From: Spirochaetia bacterium
GTDB taxonomy: Bacteria > Spirochaetota > Spirochaetia > WTKD01 > G963693115
Reading direction: 5' to 3'
Assembly (NCBI GenBank): GCA_965226055.1
Contig: CBDDCA010000006.1
Location: 320,001-384,000 of the forward strand
Length of the DNA stretch: 64,000 bases
In this document: piece by piece, positions 1 through 9,153 of the stretch
Numbering within the stretch: position 1 is the stretch's first letter
Layout of the letters: every line of letters begins with the position of its first letter
The notes under the pieces: model-generated
What the model saw: the letters and a program-made list of their open reading frames with translations, nothing else
What the model was told of the DNA's origin: nothing
Database searches by the model: none
Made by a program: the position numbers and the translations under genes

Positions 1-708
1 AGGAGATATTTCTTCAATTTCAATAAAAGGGACTTTATATTGTAATTGCTCACGCCATACTCTCATATCCTTTACTGTTTCAAAATCTATGGTACGAACA
101 ATCTTCATATGCTTTTTTTTATTTTGCTGTTCAAACTCCACCACTGCAAATTTTCCGCCCCCTATATACTGTATTTCTTGTCCTTCCTGTATGTCTTCAC
201 AGGCTTGTACATATGCTATTGCCTCATCAAAACTCACATACTCATCGCTTGCTCCCTTGTTAAAGGCAGTCAATACTTCAGATATGGGCTTACCACTATC
301 ACTAGACACTAGCTGTAAAGAAGTATCAGGAGACACAACATGAGGCACAGCTCCCTTAGGATAACTACGCGACTGAGGCACAGAAACAGGATTATCTTTT
401 TGATACATTGTTTCGCTTGATATATGAGTAGCTTTTATCTTTGTCATACGTAACCCTGTTTGTACACCAGCAAGAACAATAGTAGTTTCCTTATTATGAG
501 ATTGATTGCCGTGTGTACTTTTTGAATCTATCTTTTTATCTCCCTTTTTTGCTTTTTTTGTCAGCGACTGAGAAGACTGTTTGTTATATGCCGTAGCATT
601 ACTATGCTGTTGCTTTGTATCATCATGTTTAGCAACATGCTTGCCTACACTTTTTTGGGTATTCTTCTTTTTTCCAAAAAAGCTATTGCGTATATGCTTT
701 TTTTCCAT
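1..708 (-). CDS. Hypothetical protein, 3'-partial (runs off the window); resembles the spirochete protein found next to polA
   Basis: Manual translation from ATG at 708 stays open for 236 codons to base 1 (MEKKHIRNSFFGKKK...YVSFDEAIAYVQ...IQYIGGGKFAVVEF...IVRTIDFE...WRE). Absent from the ORF track because its stop is outside the window. Confidence 0.75.
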   Translation of the reverse strand, partial: MEKKHIRNSFFGKKKNTQKSVGKHVAKHDDTKQQHSNATAYNKQSSQSLTKKAKKGDKKIDSKSTHGNQSHNKETTIVLAGVQTGLRMTKIKATHISSETMYQKDNPVSVPQSRSYPKGAVPHVVSPDTSLQLVSSDSGKPISEVLTAFNKGASDEYVSFDEAIAYVQACEDIQEGQEIQYIGGGKFAVVEFEQQNKKKHMKIVRTIDFETVKDMRVWREQLQYKVPFIEIEEISP

Positions 709-733
709 GTATATAGTATAATTAAAATATACA

Positions 734-3526
734 ATGAGTACAACTCTATTTTTAGTTGATGGACATGGGCTTATTTTTCGTTCCTATTATGCTCATATTA
801 AAAATCCATTACGAAATTCACAGGGACATAACACTTCAGCTATTTATGGTTTTTTTCAAAGCATAAAAAAAATCTTTACTGACTATGCTCCTTCAGATAT
901 CGTAATTGCATTGGATTCACATGAGGCAGAACTTGAACGTAAAAAAGTATATCCAAACTACAAAGCAAATCGACAAAAAACTCCCGAAGATCTTAAAACA
1001 CAAATCGCTATTATCATAGACATCATTAAAGCTATGGAAATTCCTCATTTAAGCGTACTTGGACATGAAGCCGATGATATTATAGCTACCTTATCAAGAA
1101 AAAAGAGCAAAGACAACATAGCAAGTACCATAGTAAGCTCTGATAAAGATCTCTTTCAATTACTTGGAGATAATGTTTCTATATTACGTCCTACAAGTAA
1201 AAGCAGCGATTGGATACCGATAACTCCAGCATGGATTCAAGAAAACTATAATATTGAATATTCCCAAATTCATGACTATCTTGCTATTATTGGAGATAGT
1301 AGCGACAATATTCCGGGTGTTGCAGGATTAGGACCAAAAACAGCAGCAGCATTATTACAAAATTACAAAAATCTCGATGAAATATTTGCTAACATTAGCA
1401 ACTTAAAAGAAAGCTGGCGAAAAAAACTCGTGGATGCCAAAGAAATAGCACAATTAAGCTATGCACTTATTGCCTTACACTATGATGTTCCTATCCCTGA
1501 CAATTTTACTACCGCATATCCCGAATTATTATGGCATAAAGCTCATAGTATTTTTGAAAATAATGATATATCCAGTTTTCCCACAAAAAACCCACACGGT
1601 AGCACTTCCACACAAAACACCACTACTGCTTCGCCTAACGATACCGAAACACATAGTTCCACAGCATCATGTTCCGTTAGCATTATTGAAAAAACTGAAC
1701 AATTACAAGCAATAGTAAACACTGCGTTAGACAAAAACATCATAAGCATATATCCTGTGTATACAGGACATACCCCACATACTACCCTTACTGGACTTGC
1801 TCTTGCTTGTAGTGAACATCAAGCCTACTATCTTCCTTTCTCTTCATCAACAGGAGATAACGATACCAAGAAAGAGGAGCATGTTTCATATAACACATTG
1901 ATGGAAGATAGCACATCAAGAAAAACATGTATAGACCTATTACAATCGTTATTCAAAAGTAAGAAATGCGTACTTCTATTTCATGATGCAAAGCAAGCAC
2001 TCAATATACTGTACAGAGAAGGCTTTGAAAAAGCACATAATTACTTTCATCCAAAAAAGCACAGTTTTGCTATAGTAGATTGCATCATTGCAGCATGGCT
2101 TATTTCACCCGAAAATAATCAGTACGATATAGCATCATTATGTAACAAATACCTCCCTCAGCATCCTCTTACGAACTCTATACATACACTGTCTTTTCTG
2201 ACAGACAATACAGACGCTTCATCACTCGTACATAGTGCTGGCATTCATAGTGCCGTCCTCCTTGCTCTTTGGGATACACTTGCATTGCAATTACGACAAA
2301 ATAATATGTACGAAGAATATATATCCACCGAAACATATTTATGCTATATATTAAGCACAATAGAACAAAGTGGCATTGCTATCGATAGCCCCTACCTTAA
2401 AGAACTATCAGCACAGTTTGCACACACCCTTACTATTGTAGAAAAAGAAATATACAGTATGAGTGGCGAAGAATTTAATATCAATTCACCAAAACAAATG
2501 CAAGAAATACTCTTCGAAAAATTACAGTTACCAAAAACAAAAAAAACAAAAACAGGATACAGTACCGATGTACATGTACTTGAATATTTATCATCAATAC
2601 ATCCTCTTCCTGAAAAAATTCTCCATTTTCGACATATTAGCAAGCTAAAAAACACCTACTCTGATACCCTTCCTCAACAAATAAATACAGCTACACAGAG
2701 AATCCATACAACTCTTCATCAAAACGGAGCAGAGACAGGACGCTTATCAAGCACAAACCCTAATTTACAAAACATTCCTATCAAAGATCCTATAGGGCAA
2801 CAGCTGAGACACGCTTTTATCGCAAAAAAAGGATGGAAACTTATCAGTGCTGATTATTCACAAATAGAACTTGTAGTACTTGCACATCTTTCAAACGATA
2901 TAAACTTAATTGATGCTTTCCAAAAAAAACTGGACATACATACACGCACCGCTTCAATACTTTTTCAAATAGAAGAAAACAATGTTGATGAAACACAAAG
3001 GCGCATTGCAAAAAATATCAATTTTGGAGTAATTTATGGTATGTCTGCATTTCGTCTTTCAAACGAACTGAAAATATCTCAAAATTTAGCAAAAGAATTT
3101 ATAACGGCATACTTTAATGAATTTTCATCGGTAACAGAATACATAAACAACACTGTTAGTACCGCAGAAGAGCAAGGCTATACTACCACTATTCTTGGAA
3201 GAAGACGCTACTATGAAAATATCAACAGTAGTAACAAAAATCTCAAACACGCTGCTGAACGTATGGCAGTAAACAGTACTATACAAGGATCTGCAGCCGA
3301 TATTGTAAAACTTGCAATGATAAAAGTGCATGATGCACTTCAAAAGCAAGCGCTTTCAAGCAAAATCATATTACAAATACATGATGAGTTATTACTTGAA
3401 TGTCCTACACAAGAAGTAGACACAGTATTAGACTTACTCTATGAAATAATGCCAACGGCATATCCTCTCTCAGTACCTCTCTCTATCTCTGCAAAAGCAG
3501 GCAATAGCTGGGGTGAAATAAAGTAA
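734..3526 (+). CDS. polA: DNA polymerase I
   Basis: 5'-3' exonuclease motifs (LVDGHGLIFRSYY, EADDIIAT, GDSSDNIPGV) and polymerase motifs (TGRLSSTNPNLQNIP, ADYSQIEL, AKNINFGVIYG, QIHDELL). The central proofreading domain looks divergent. Confidence 0.97.
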   Translation: MSTTLFLVDGHGLIFRSYYAHIKNPLRNSQGHNTSAIYGFFQSIKKIFTDYAPSDIVIALDSHEAELERKKVYPNYKANRQKTPEDLKTQIAIIIDIIKAMEIPHLSVLGHEADDIIATLSRKKSKDNIASTIVSSDKDLFQLLGDNVSILRPTSKSSDWIPITPAWIQENYNIEYSQIHDYLAIIGDSSDNIPGVAGLGPKTAAALLQNYKNLDEIFANISNLKESWRKKLVDAKEIAQLSYALIALHYDVPIPDNFTTAYPELLWHKAHSIFENNDISSFPTKNPHGSTSTQNTTTASPNDTETHSSTASCSVSIIEKTEQLQAIVNTALDKNIISIYPVYTGHTPHTTLTGLALACSEHQAYYLPFSSSTGDNDTKKEEHVSYNTLMEDSTSRKTCIDLLQSLFKSKKCVLLFHDAKQALNILYREGFEKAHNYFHPKKHSFAIVDCIIAAWLISPENNQYDIASLCNKYLPQHPLTNSIHTLSFLTDNTDASSLVHSAGIHSAVLLALWDTLALQLRQNNMYEEYISTETYLCYILSTIEQSGIAIDSPYLKELSAQFAHTLTIVEKEIYSMSGEEFNINSPKQMQEILFEKLQLPKTKKTKTGYSTDVHVLEYLSSIHPLPEKILHFRHISKLKNTYSDTLPQQINTATQRIHTTLHQNGAETGRLSSTNPNLQNIPIKDPIGQQLRHAFIAKKGWKLISADYSQIELVVLAHLSNDINLIDAFQKKLDIHTRTASILFQIEENNVDETQRRIAKNINFGVIYGMSAFRLSNELKISQNLAKEFITAYFNEFSSVTEYINNTVSTAEEQGYTTTILGRRRYYENINSSNKNLKHAAERMAVNSTIQGSAADIVKLAMIKVHDALQKQALSSKIILQIHDELLLECPTQEVDTVLDLLYEIMPTAYPLSVPLSISAKAGNSWGEIK

Positions 3527-4116
3527 TGATCATAGGGGTTACAGGAGGATATTGTGCAGGAAAAAATATGCTCTGTGAAACATTAAAAGAGCTTGGCATT
3601 ACAAGTATTGATGTAGATATCGTTGGACATGCTGCCTTACAAGCAAAAAAAGAAACAATAGTATCTCACTTTGGCAATACCATACTCACCAATAATGAAA
3701 ACATAGATAGAAAAAAACTAGGAAGCATAGTATTTTCCCACAAAAAACAATTAGCCACATTAGAATCTATCGTTCACCCTTGGATGCAACAATATATTCA
3801 TACATTCATACAAAATAATAGTAATTCACATATTACTATTAACGCAGCCCTTCTTTTTTATCTTAAGCTAAATATCTATTGCGATACAATAGTAATACTC
3901 AAAACCCCGTTCTTTGTACGCTTTTTTCGTGCATTACAACGAGATTCTCTTGGTGTTACAGCAACATTAAGACGATTTATGAACCAAAAACCGCTTCCTT
4001 CTCATAAAGTACTTAATCATACATCACATTATGCCGAAACTAAAATTGTAAGAAATAATACACAAATACAATCTTTTGTAGAAACCATAGGGAGAACAAT
4101 ACATGGAACAGTTTAG
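3526..4116 (+). CDS. coaE: Dephospho-CoA kinase
   Basis: IIGVTGGYCAGKN P-loop, IDRKKLGSIVF, LESIVHP; 1-nt overlap with the polA stop. Confidence 0.9.
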   Translation: MIIGVTGGYCAGKNMLCETLKELGITSIDVDIVGHAALQAKKETIVSHFGNTILTNNENIDRKKLGSIVFSHKKQLATLESIVHPWMQQYIHTFIQNNSNSHITINAALLFYLKLNIYCDTIVILKTPFFVRFFRALQRDSLGVTATLRRFMNQKPLPSHKVLNHTSHYAETKIVRNNTQIQSFVETIGRTIHGTV

Positions 4117-5356
4117 CAATAATAACAACACTCATCCACATATACAAACACAATCTCATACAAACAATCAACAGTATCATAACAATTATACTCCGTACCC
4201 TGCCTCTTCAAACAGTACGGATAATCACAATACTACCAACTATAATCCACAACAAAATGCACATGATTCCTATCATTATGCTCATACTCCTGTGGACAAT
4301 AGCATTAGCACTGTCCCTTCTGAAATACAACAACAAACATCTCAGATCCATACCCCTCCTATCAACAATATTCATGCCACCATACAACAAGAAAACAATA
4401 CCCCTCACAATCATGAGGAAATATATCCACAGAATGACCAACATACACAGCGTACAAACTATCAATATACAGCCCCCAACGGAAACACTCCCTATACTTC
4501 CCCTCCCTATGCTCCTAATGACAATCCTTCTGATAATTACAATGCGTATTCAAGCAATCAACATACAAAAGGTAAACACGATCAAAATCAAAGCAACAGC
4601 GCAACTCTCCCTCCAAATAGCAGTACATCAAATAATAAAACAGAACAATTTTTGTTATTTGCTCTTATCATAGCCATATCAATTACTGCCATCGTTATTG
4701 GTGTGGGATGGACCTTGTTTTATCCTAAACCTATCGCTGAAAAGACTGATAGCGTTGCTCCTACCACTGATGACGCATTATCAGAAGTGCAAAATACAAC
4801 AACAAATAAGAGTGAAAACCAAGATCTTGTTATTATTTACAGAGCAGATGAACAAAAAGTAAGTGATACATCTAATACACAGGCAACTACAACACAAAGC
4901 ACAAAAACCGAAACAATATCACGCAGTTCGGGTAGCACTCCCGCTTCTACAAAAAAAGTAGTAACAAAAAGCACTCCCGCTACCGCTACTCCTGTATCAG
5001 CAGTGAAAGCACAACCAACAGCACCAGCACAAACGAAAAACACTACAACAACAACTACCACTACAAAAACAACACCTACAGAGGCAGTGTCTGTTCCTTC
5101 TAAAGTACACATTGATACAAAATATTGGATACAAATTTTTTCTACAAACAACCGAGATAAAGCCAACAAAATTCAAGATGATCTAGACACTCAAGGCATA
5201 AAAACTATCATTGTTACAAAAAACATAAATAATAGCACTTTCTACCGTCTGAGAATAGGACCATACTATAACAAAGATGAAGGAAGTAAATTTTTAGAAT
5301 GGATACGCAGAGACAATAAGTATAAAGATGCGTATATTTCAGTAGAAAAAGGCTAA
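4103..5356 (+). CDS. SPOR-domain membrane protein (FtsN/DedD-like) with long low-complexity N-terminus
   Basis: One TM segment (LLFALIIAISITAIVIGVGW), Thr-rich linker, C-terminal SPOR (YWIQIFS...YRLRIGPY...DAYI). Confidence 0.85.
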   Translation: MEQFSNNNNTHPHIQTQSHTNNQQYHNNYTPYPASSNSTDNHNTTNYNPQQNAHDSYHYAHTPVDNSISTVPSEIQQQTSQIHTPPINNIHATIQQENNTPHNHEEIYPQNDQHTQRTNYQYTAPNGNTPYTSPPYAPNDNPSDNYNAYSSNQHTKGKHDQNQSNSATLPPNSSTSNNKTEQFLLFALIIAISITAIVIGVGWTLFYPKPIAEKTDSVAPTTDDALSEVQNTTTNKSENQDLVIIYRADEQKVSDTSNTQATTTQSTKTETISRSSGSTPASTKKVVTKSTPATATPVSAVKAQPTAPAQTKNTTTTTTTTKTTPTEAVSVPSKVHIDTKYWIQIFSTNNRDKANKIQDDLDTQGIKTIIVTKNINNSTFYRLRIGPYYNKDEGSKFLEWIRRDNKYKDAYISVEKG

Positions 5357-5403
5357 AAAAAGAGACAGGAAAAAGGACAAAAAAAGAACAGAGAGGTACG
5401 CTT

Positions 5404-5994
5404 ATCGCAGCAGGATGGATAACAGAAAAAAAAGAGACAGTACTTACAACACGAGTATTTGATGTTGAAAAAAAAGAGTGTTACAGAACAAACACCTCTT
5501 TAGAAAAACGCAGTACCGTAACAAAAGACGAGCTTGTTACGTTTCATACCATTCACTCTCATGATTTTGTACAATGTATTCCTCTTATATACCGTAACGA
5601 TCAGGCACATGTAGTACTTATTTCCCAGTATCGCTATGGGACAGAAAACTTTGTTCTTGAATTTCCCGGAGGCATAGTCGATGCAGGAGAAAGCCCTCAA
5701 GAAGCAGCATTTCGAGAATTACAAGAAGAAACAGGCTATAAAGCAAAATCATGTACCCTGCTACAAGCAGTATACTCAAACCCTGCTCTATTCAACAATA
5801 GCTCCTATATATTTGTTGCGGAAGAATTAAGCAACACAGGAGAAAAGCACCTTGATGAACATGAAGACACGGATATTTCCATCATGCCTCTTGCACAGCT
5901 CTTACGAGAACAAAGCAAACATAATTTTACGCATGGACTTATGGTTGCTGGATTGTACTGTCTTTTAGAGTACCTAAAGAAAATTACACTGTAA
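5404..5994 (+). CDS. NUDIX hydrolase (ADP-ribose pyrophosphatase-like); start uncertain and non-canonical
   Basis: Frame open 5326-5994 with QYRY, LEFPGG, a full Nudix box (GIVDAGESPQEAAFRELQEETGY) and SNPALFNN. No in-frame ATG/GTG/TTG before 5884. The start given is an ATC 7 nt after GAGAGG. Confidence 0.8.
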   Translation: MAAGWITEKKETVLTTRVFDVEKKECYRTNTSLEKRSTVTKDELVTFHTIHSHDFVQCIPLIYRNDQAHVVLISQYRYGTENFVLEFPGGIVDAGESPQEAAFRELQEETGYKAKSCTLLQAVYSNPALFNNSSYIFVAEELSNTGEKHLDEHEDTDISIMPLAQLLREQSKHNFTHGLMVAGLYCLLEYLKKITL

Positions 5995-6085
5995 TAGACA
6001 GAGCCTCACTGAGAATAAAATATACTATTACTACTGTAGCACTTATATCTATAATATGATACCACTATTATAGTATACTATATAT

Positions 6086-6772
6086 ATGATGAAATTTCTA
6101 TTATTCCTTTCAATCATGAGTATCCCTATAAGCATAGGCTTTGCTACAGACCCTCACCTCTTTTTAGGAGTTAGTACAGATACAGCATTTTTTGGAGGAA
6201 ATTCTACACTTGAAGATAGTACAGATAATACAGGGACAAAGATAAACAATATCACTCTGTCCAAAAGTGCTTCTTCTCGAGAACTAGGGGTAGGATTTTT
6301 AATAGGGTATCAGTTTATAGAAATGCTTGATGTATCCATTAGATTAGGGGGGCATAGTACACTCACCTCACAAGCTATCGGAAGCCAAAGACTTATATAT
6401 TTACAGAAAAATGCCCTTTCATTTGAAATAAATACAAAAGGAACATCATACATTCATAAAAATATAGGAATCTACGCACAAGCAGGAATAGGATTATCAT
6501 ACATATATCTTACTAGTGCAGGAGGTAGCGAAGACATCGACTTAGGACTACAATGGAATGATATAGGAGGATATGTCCTCATTGGATTAGGAAGCTCCTT
6601 ACGTATAGGAGAAACAAACAATCATCGTTTCAGTCTCGGCTTACAGAACAAGTTTATTTTTCAGGACAACAAACAGTACTCTATTAAAACAAACAATGGT
6701 GGCAAGATATTCACTTTTGGAGAAACACACTTTCTATTAGGACTTCATTTTGAGTACACCTATTTCCTGTAG
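6086..6772 (+). CDS. Outer-membrane beta-barrel protein (small, OmpA/OmpW-like fold)
   Basis: Signal peptide, alternating amphipathic strands, aromatic C-terminal barrel signature LGLHFEYTYFL. Confidence 0.7.
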   Translation: MMKFLLFLSIMSIPISIGFATDPHLFLGVSTDTAFFGGNSTLEDSTDNTGTKINNITLSKSASSRELGVGFLIGYQFIEMLDVSIRLGGHSTLTSQAIGSQRLIYLQKNALSFEINTKGTSYIHKNIGIYAQAGIGLSYIYLTSAGGSEDIDLGLQWNDIGGYVLIGLGSSLRIGETNNHRFSLGLQNKFIFQDNKQYSIKTNNGGKIFTFGETHFLLGLHFEYTYFL

Positions 6773-6830
6773 AATGAAATTATATACGAAAGCATAAGAG
6801 TTTGTATTATCATTCATAGTACTATAATTT

Positions 6831-7109
6831 TCATTTACCTTTGAACTCTTCTAGTTTTGTTATCAACTCTTGAAAACTTTCATCGGTTGATATTTTATGT
6901 AAAGGTGAATTTTTACTTTTATCTATCATCTCTTCTAATTTAACTAATCCTAATACCATCAAGTCTATTATTGCCTCACTTGTCTTTGGCAATGAAGTAT
7001 TTAAACGCATTCTTTTTAGAATACGATAATCTTCCATCCTATTAAATAAACTATCTGGCATATTCATTACTATTCTTTGTCCTACTGTATTTTTTTGTGT
7101 TTGTTGCAT
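6831..7109 (-). CDS. Small protein, probable ribbon-helix-helix DNA-binding domain
   Basis: RIVMNMP strand, DSLFNRMEDY helix and SEAIIDLMVLGL helix; AGGAGA RBS upstream. Confidence 0.55.
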   Translation of the reverse strand: MQQTQKNTVGQRIVMNMPDSLFNRMEDYRILKRMRLNTSLPKTSEAIIDLMVLGLVKLEEMIDKSKNSPLHKISTDESFQELITKLEEFKGK

Positions 7110-7118
7110 TACATTCTC

Positions 7119-7358
7119 CTATCTTCCTAATATCATTAATACATTATCACCATCTTGAATAATTTTTTCTATACTATAGCCTTCAGACGAATGGTAGTTT
7201 AACCAATCAGATAAATTTACTGTGTATACATCAAAATTTTCTTCAAGAACTTCATTTATAGTAAATGTACTATCAGTATCATCTACTCCTTTAGGGTTTT
7301 TATATGTTTCCCATACCTTTGGGTTACTTAATTTTCCCCATATTGTTCTATACTGCAT
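7119..7358 (-). CDS. Small acidic hypothetical protein
   Basis: AGGAGA RBS before the ATG; 9 nt from the next gene; no motif recognised. Confidence 0.55.
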   Translation of the reverse strand: MQYRTIWGKLSNPKVWETYKNPKGVDDTDSTFTINEVLEENFDVYTVNLSDWLNYHSSEGYSIEKIIQDGDNVLMILGR

Positions 7359-7671
7359 AACATCTCCTTGTAGTTACTTTATTTTTTTTATGATTACTCA
7401 TTGCTTTAGAGCTGACATGGAGAACAAGCTAAGTCTCCCTTAATCCAATTATACAATACAGCATATACATTTGCTATTTATATACAATTAAATACAAATC
7501 AACAGTCACTCTTTTTTTGATAAATGAGAATAATTTTATAGCATAACTAGCCCATAAGATATTCATTATTTTTTGGTTTATATAATTACAGAAAGTATAT
7601 TTTTCATATCTATTTTTTCTTTTGTAACATTTAACTGAATCTATAGCTTGCAGAAACCCTTAATATTGCAA

Positions 7672-8196
7672 TTAACTATTAGAACCACAACAAATTTTAT
7701 ATTTTTTACCACTACCACAAATACATCTATCATTTCTACCAATATTTTTTATAGAATCATAAAATTCTTTGATACCTTCTATTCCATGAGACCATTCCCC
7801 CCAAGGAGGAACTTCATTATATTGTTCATAATATGCTTGCCAAACAAAAAAAGGACAAACAAAACATCTAATAAAATCTGATAATTTTTTTTGTTCTGGC
7901 ATAGATAATTCTAAACAACAACTACCATCATCATATATATGTCTATCGGCTATTTTTTCTATTCTATTCCCTGTTTCATATACTTTCCTATTTGCACAGT
8001 CTATTTTTATCTCATAAACATCTTTAACAAAAGTATTTTGATATCTTTGTTTATTGTTTTGATCTGGGTTATGAATTAATTTTTTACCATCATATACAGC
8101 ACAAACATTAATCTCACCTTTTACAAAATTTCCCTCAAGATATAAGTTAGGAAATTGTTTTTGTATATTTTCAATATCTATCTCCATATAATTCAT
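7672..8196 (-). CDS. Prokaryotic E2 (ubiquitin-conjugating-like) protein with C-terminal SEC-C motif; CBASS ancillary
   Basis: HIYDDGSCCL resembles the E2 active-site H..xxGxxCL; PWGEWSHG; SEC-C motif IGRNDRCICGSGKKYKICC; directly downstream of the CD-NTase. Confidence 0.8.
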   Translation of the reverse strand: MNYMEIDIENIQKQFPNLYLEGNFVKGEINVCAVYDGKKLIHNPDQNNKQRYQNTFVKDVYEIKIDCANRKVYETGNRIEKIADRHIYDDGSCCLELSMPEQKKLSDFIRCFVCPFFVWQAYYEQYNEVPPWGEWSHGIEGIKEFYDSIKNIGRNDRCICGSGKKYKICCGSNS

Positions 8197-8229
8197 GATT
8201 AACTGAAGTATTTACTGTTGTCTAGCTTA

Positions 8230-9153
8230 TCACCATAATATGGTGAAATATGGCTTGGTAGCACCTGATATAAATGGTATATTGTCATCTAATGTACCAA
8301 AATCATCCCCAAAAATTTCTCTCCATTTCTTAACGCTTTCATTATGATCATTGCTATTGTATGCTTCATTTATTTTATCTGTATACAGTTTTATCTTGTC
8401 TCGAAAATTTGAATATTTATCTTCATCCCAATGTCTATTGAAATCTTCATCATCTAATACAGGATTTTTTATAGTAGGCATATGTTCATTGTTTTGTAAA
8501 AAATCATTTAAGTTATTCATTATATGCTTCAAAGCAGTAGGTAAATCTGAAAATGAAACACTATCACTATCTTTAATTTGATTTCCTAAAAGAGTTGTCA
8601 ATAAAATGGACTTACAGCTAAAATTTGTTTTAATATCTCTCATATACTTGACTAATTTAATGACTTTCTTTAAATATCCTCCAGATTTTTCATTTTTTCC
8701 TATTAACCAATTCTTATAAGCAGTTCCATCCGTTATTTCAAATTCATTTTCCTTTTTATTACAAATATACTTTTTTTCTATACAAGGAACAATATCTAAA
8801 TGAAAGTCTCCGCTATAATCAATAGTTACACAGCGAGTTTTTCTTTTTACTATATCCTTATAGTTACCATCATCTTTAAATAGTTTATATATATTCTCTA
8901 TATATTCCTTTGCTTCCCAATCTAAATCTTCAATATAAACCATTATATCAGCATCAAAATCTTTCTCTTTTGGTGGCTTAATAATTGTCTTACTGCCATA
9001 AGAGCCTTGATTTTCTATTGCTTGATAACCCTCTAAATTATTTTCTAAAAACCCTTTAATACAGCCTACTCTCTTTTGAAGTGTCTCTAATCTAGTTTTA
9101 TTTAAATTTACTTTTTCTTCCATAAATTCATTAAAAAATTTTTCATGTTTCAT
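8230..9153 (-). CDS. CD-NTase (cGAS/DncV-like, SMODS) of a CBASS system
   Basis: QGSY...TIIKP...DFDADI, RCVTIDY, FHLDIVP, KLVKYMRD, NPVLDDEDF, WREIFGDDF; ATGA overlap with the patatin gene. Confidence 0.92.
   Translation of the reverse strand: MKHEKFFNEFMEEKVNLNKTRLETLQKRVGCIKGFLENNLEGYQAIENQGSYGSKTIIKPPKEKDFDADIMVYIEDLDWEAKEYIENIYKLFKDDGNYKDIVKRKTRCVTIDYSGDFHLDIVPCIEKKYICNKKENEFEITDGTAYKNWLIGKNEKSGGYLKKVIKLVKYMRDIKTNFSCKSILLTTLLGNQIKDSDSVSFSDLPTALKHIMNNLNDFLQNNEHMPTIKNPVLDDEDFNRHWDEDKYSNFRDKIKLYTDKINEAYNSNDHNESVKKWREIFGDDFGTLDDNIPFISGATKPYFTILW

Noticed and set aside
6069-6082. Palindrome TATAGTATACTATA
   Set aside because: Similar AGTATACT cores recur in several intergenic gaps; best explained as promoter-like or low-complexity sequence.
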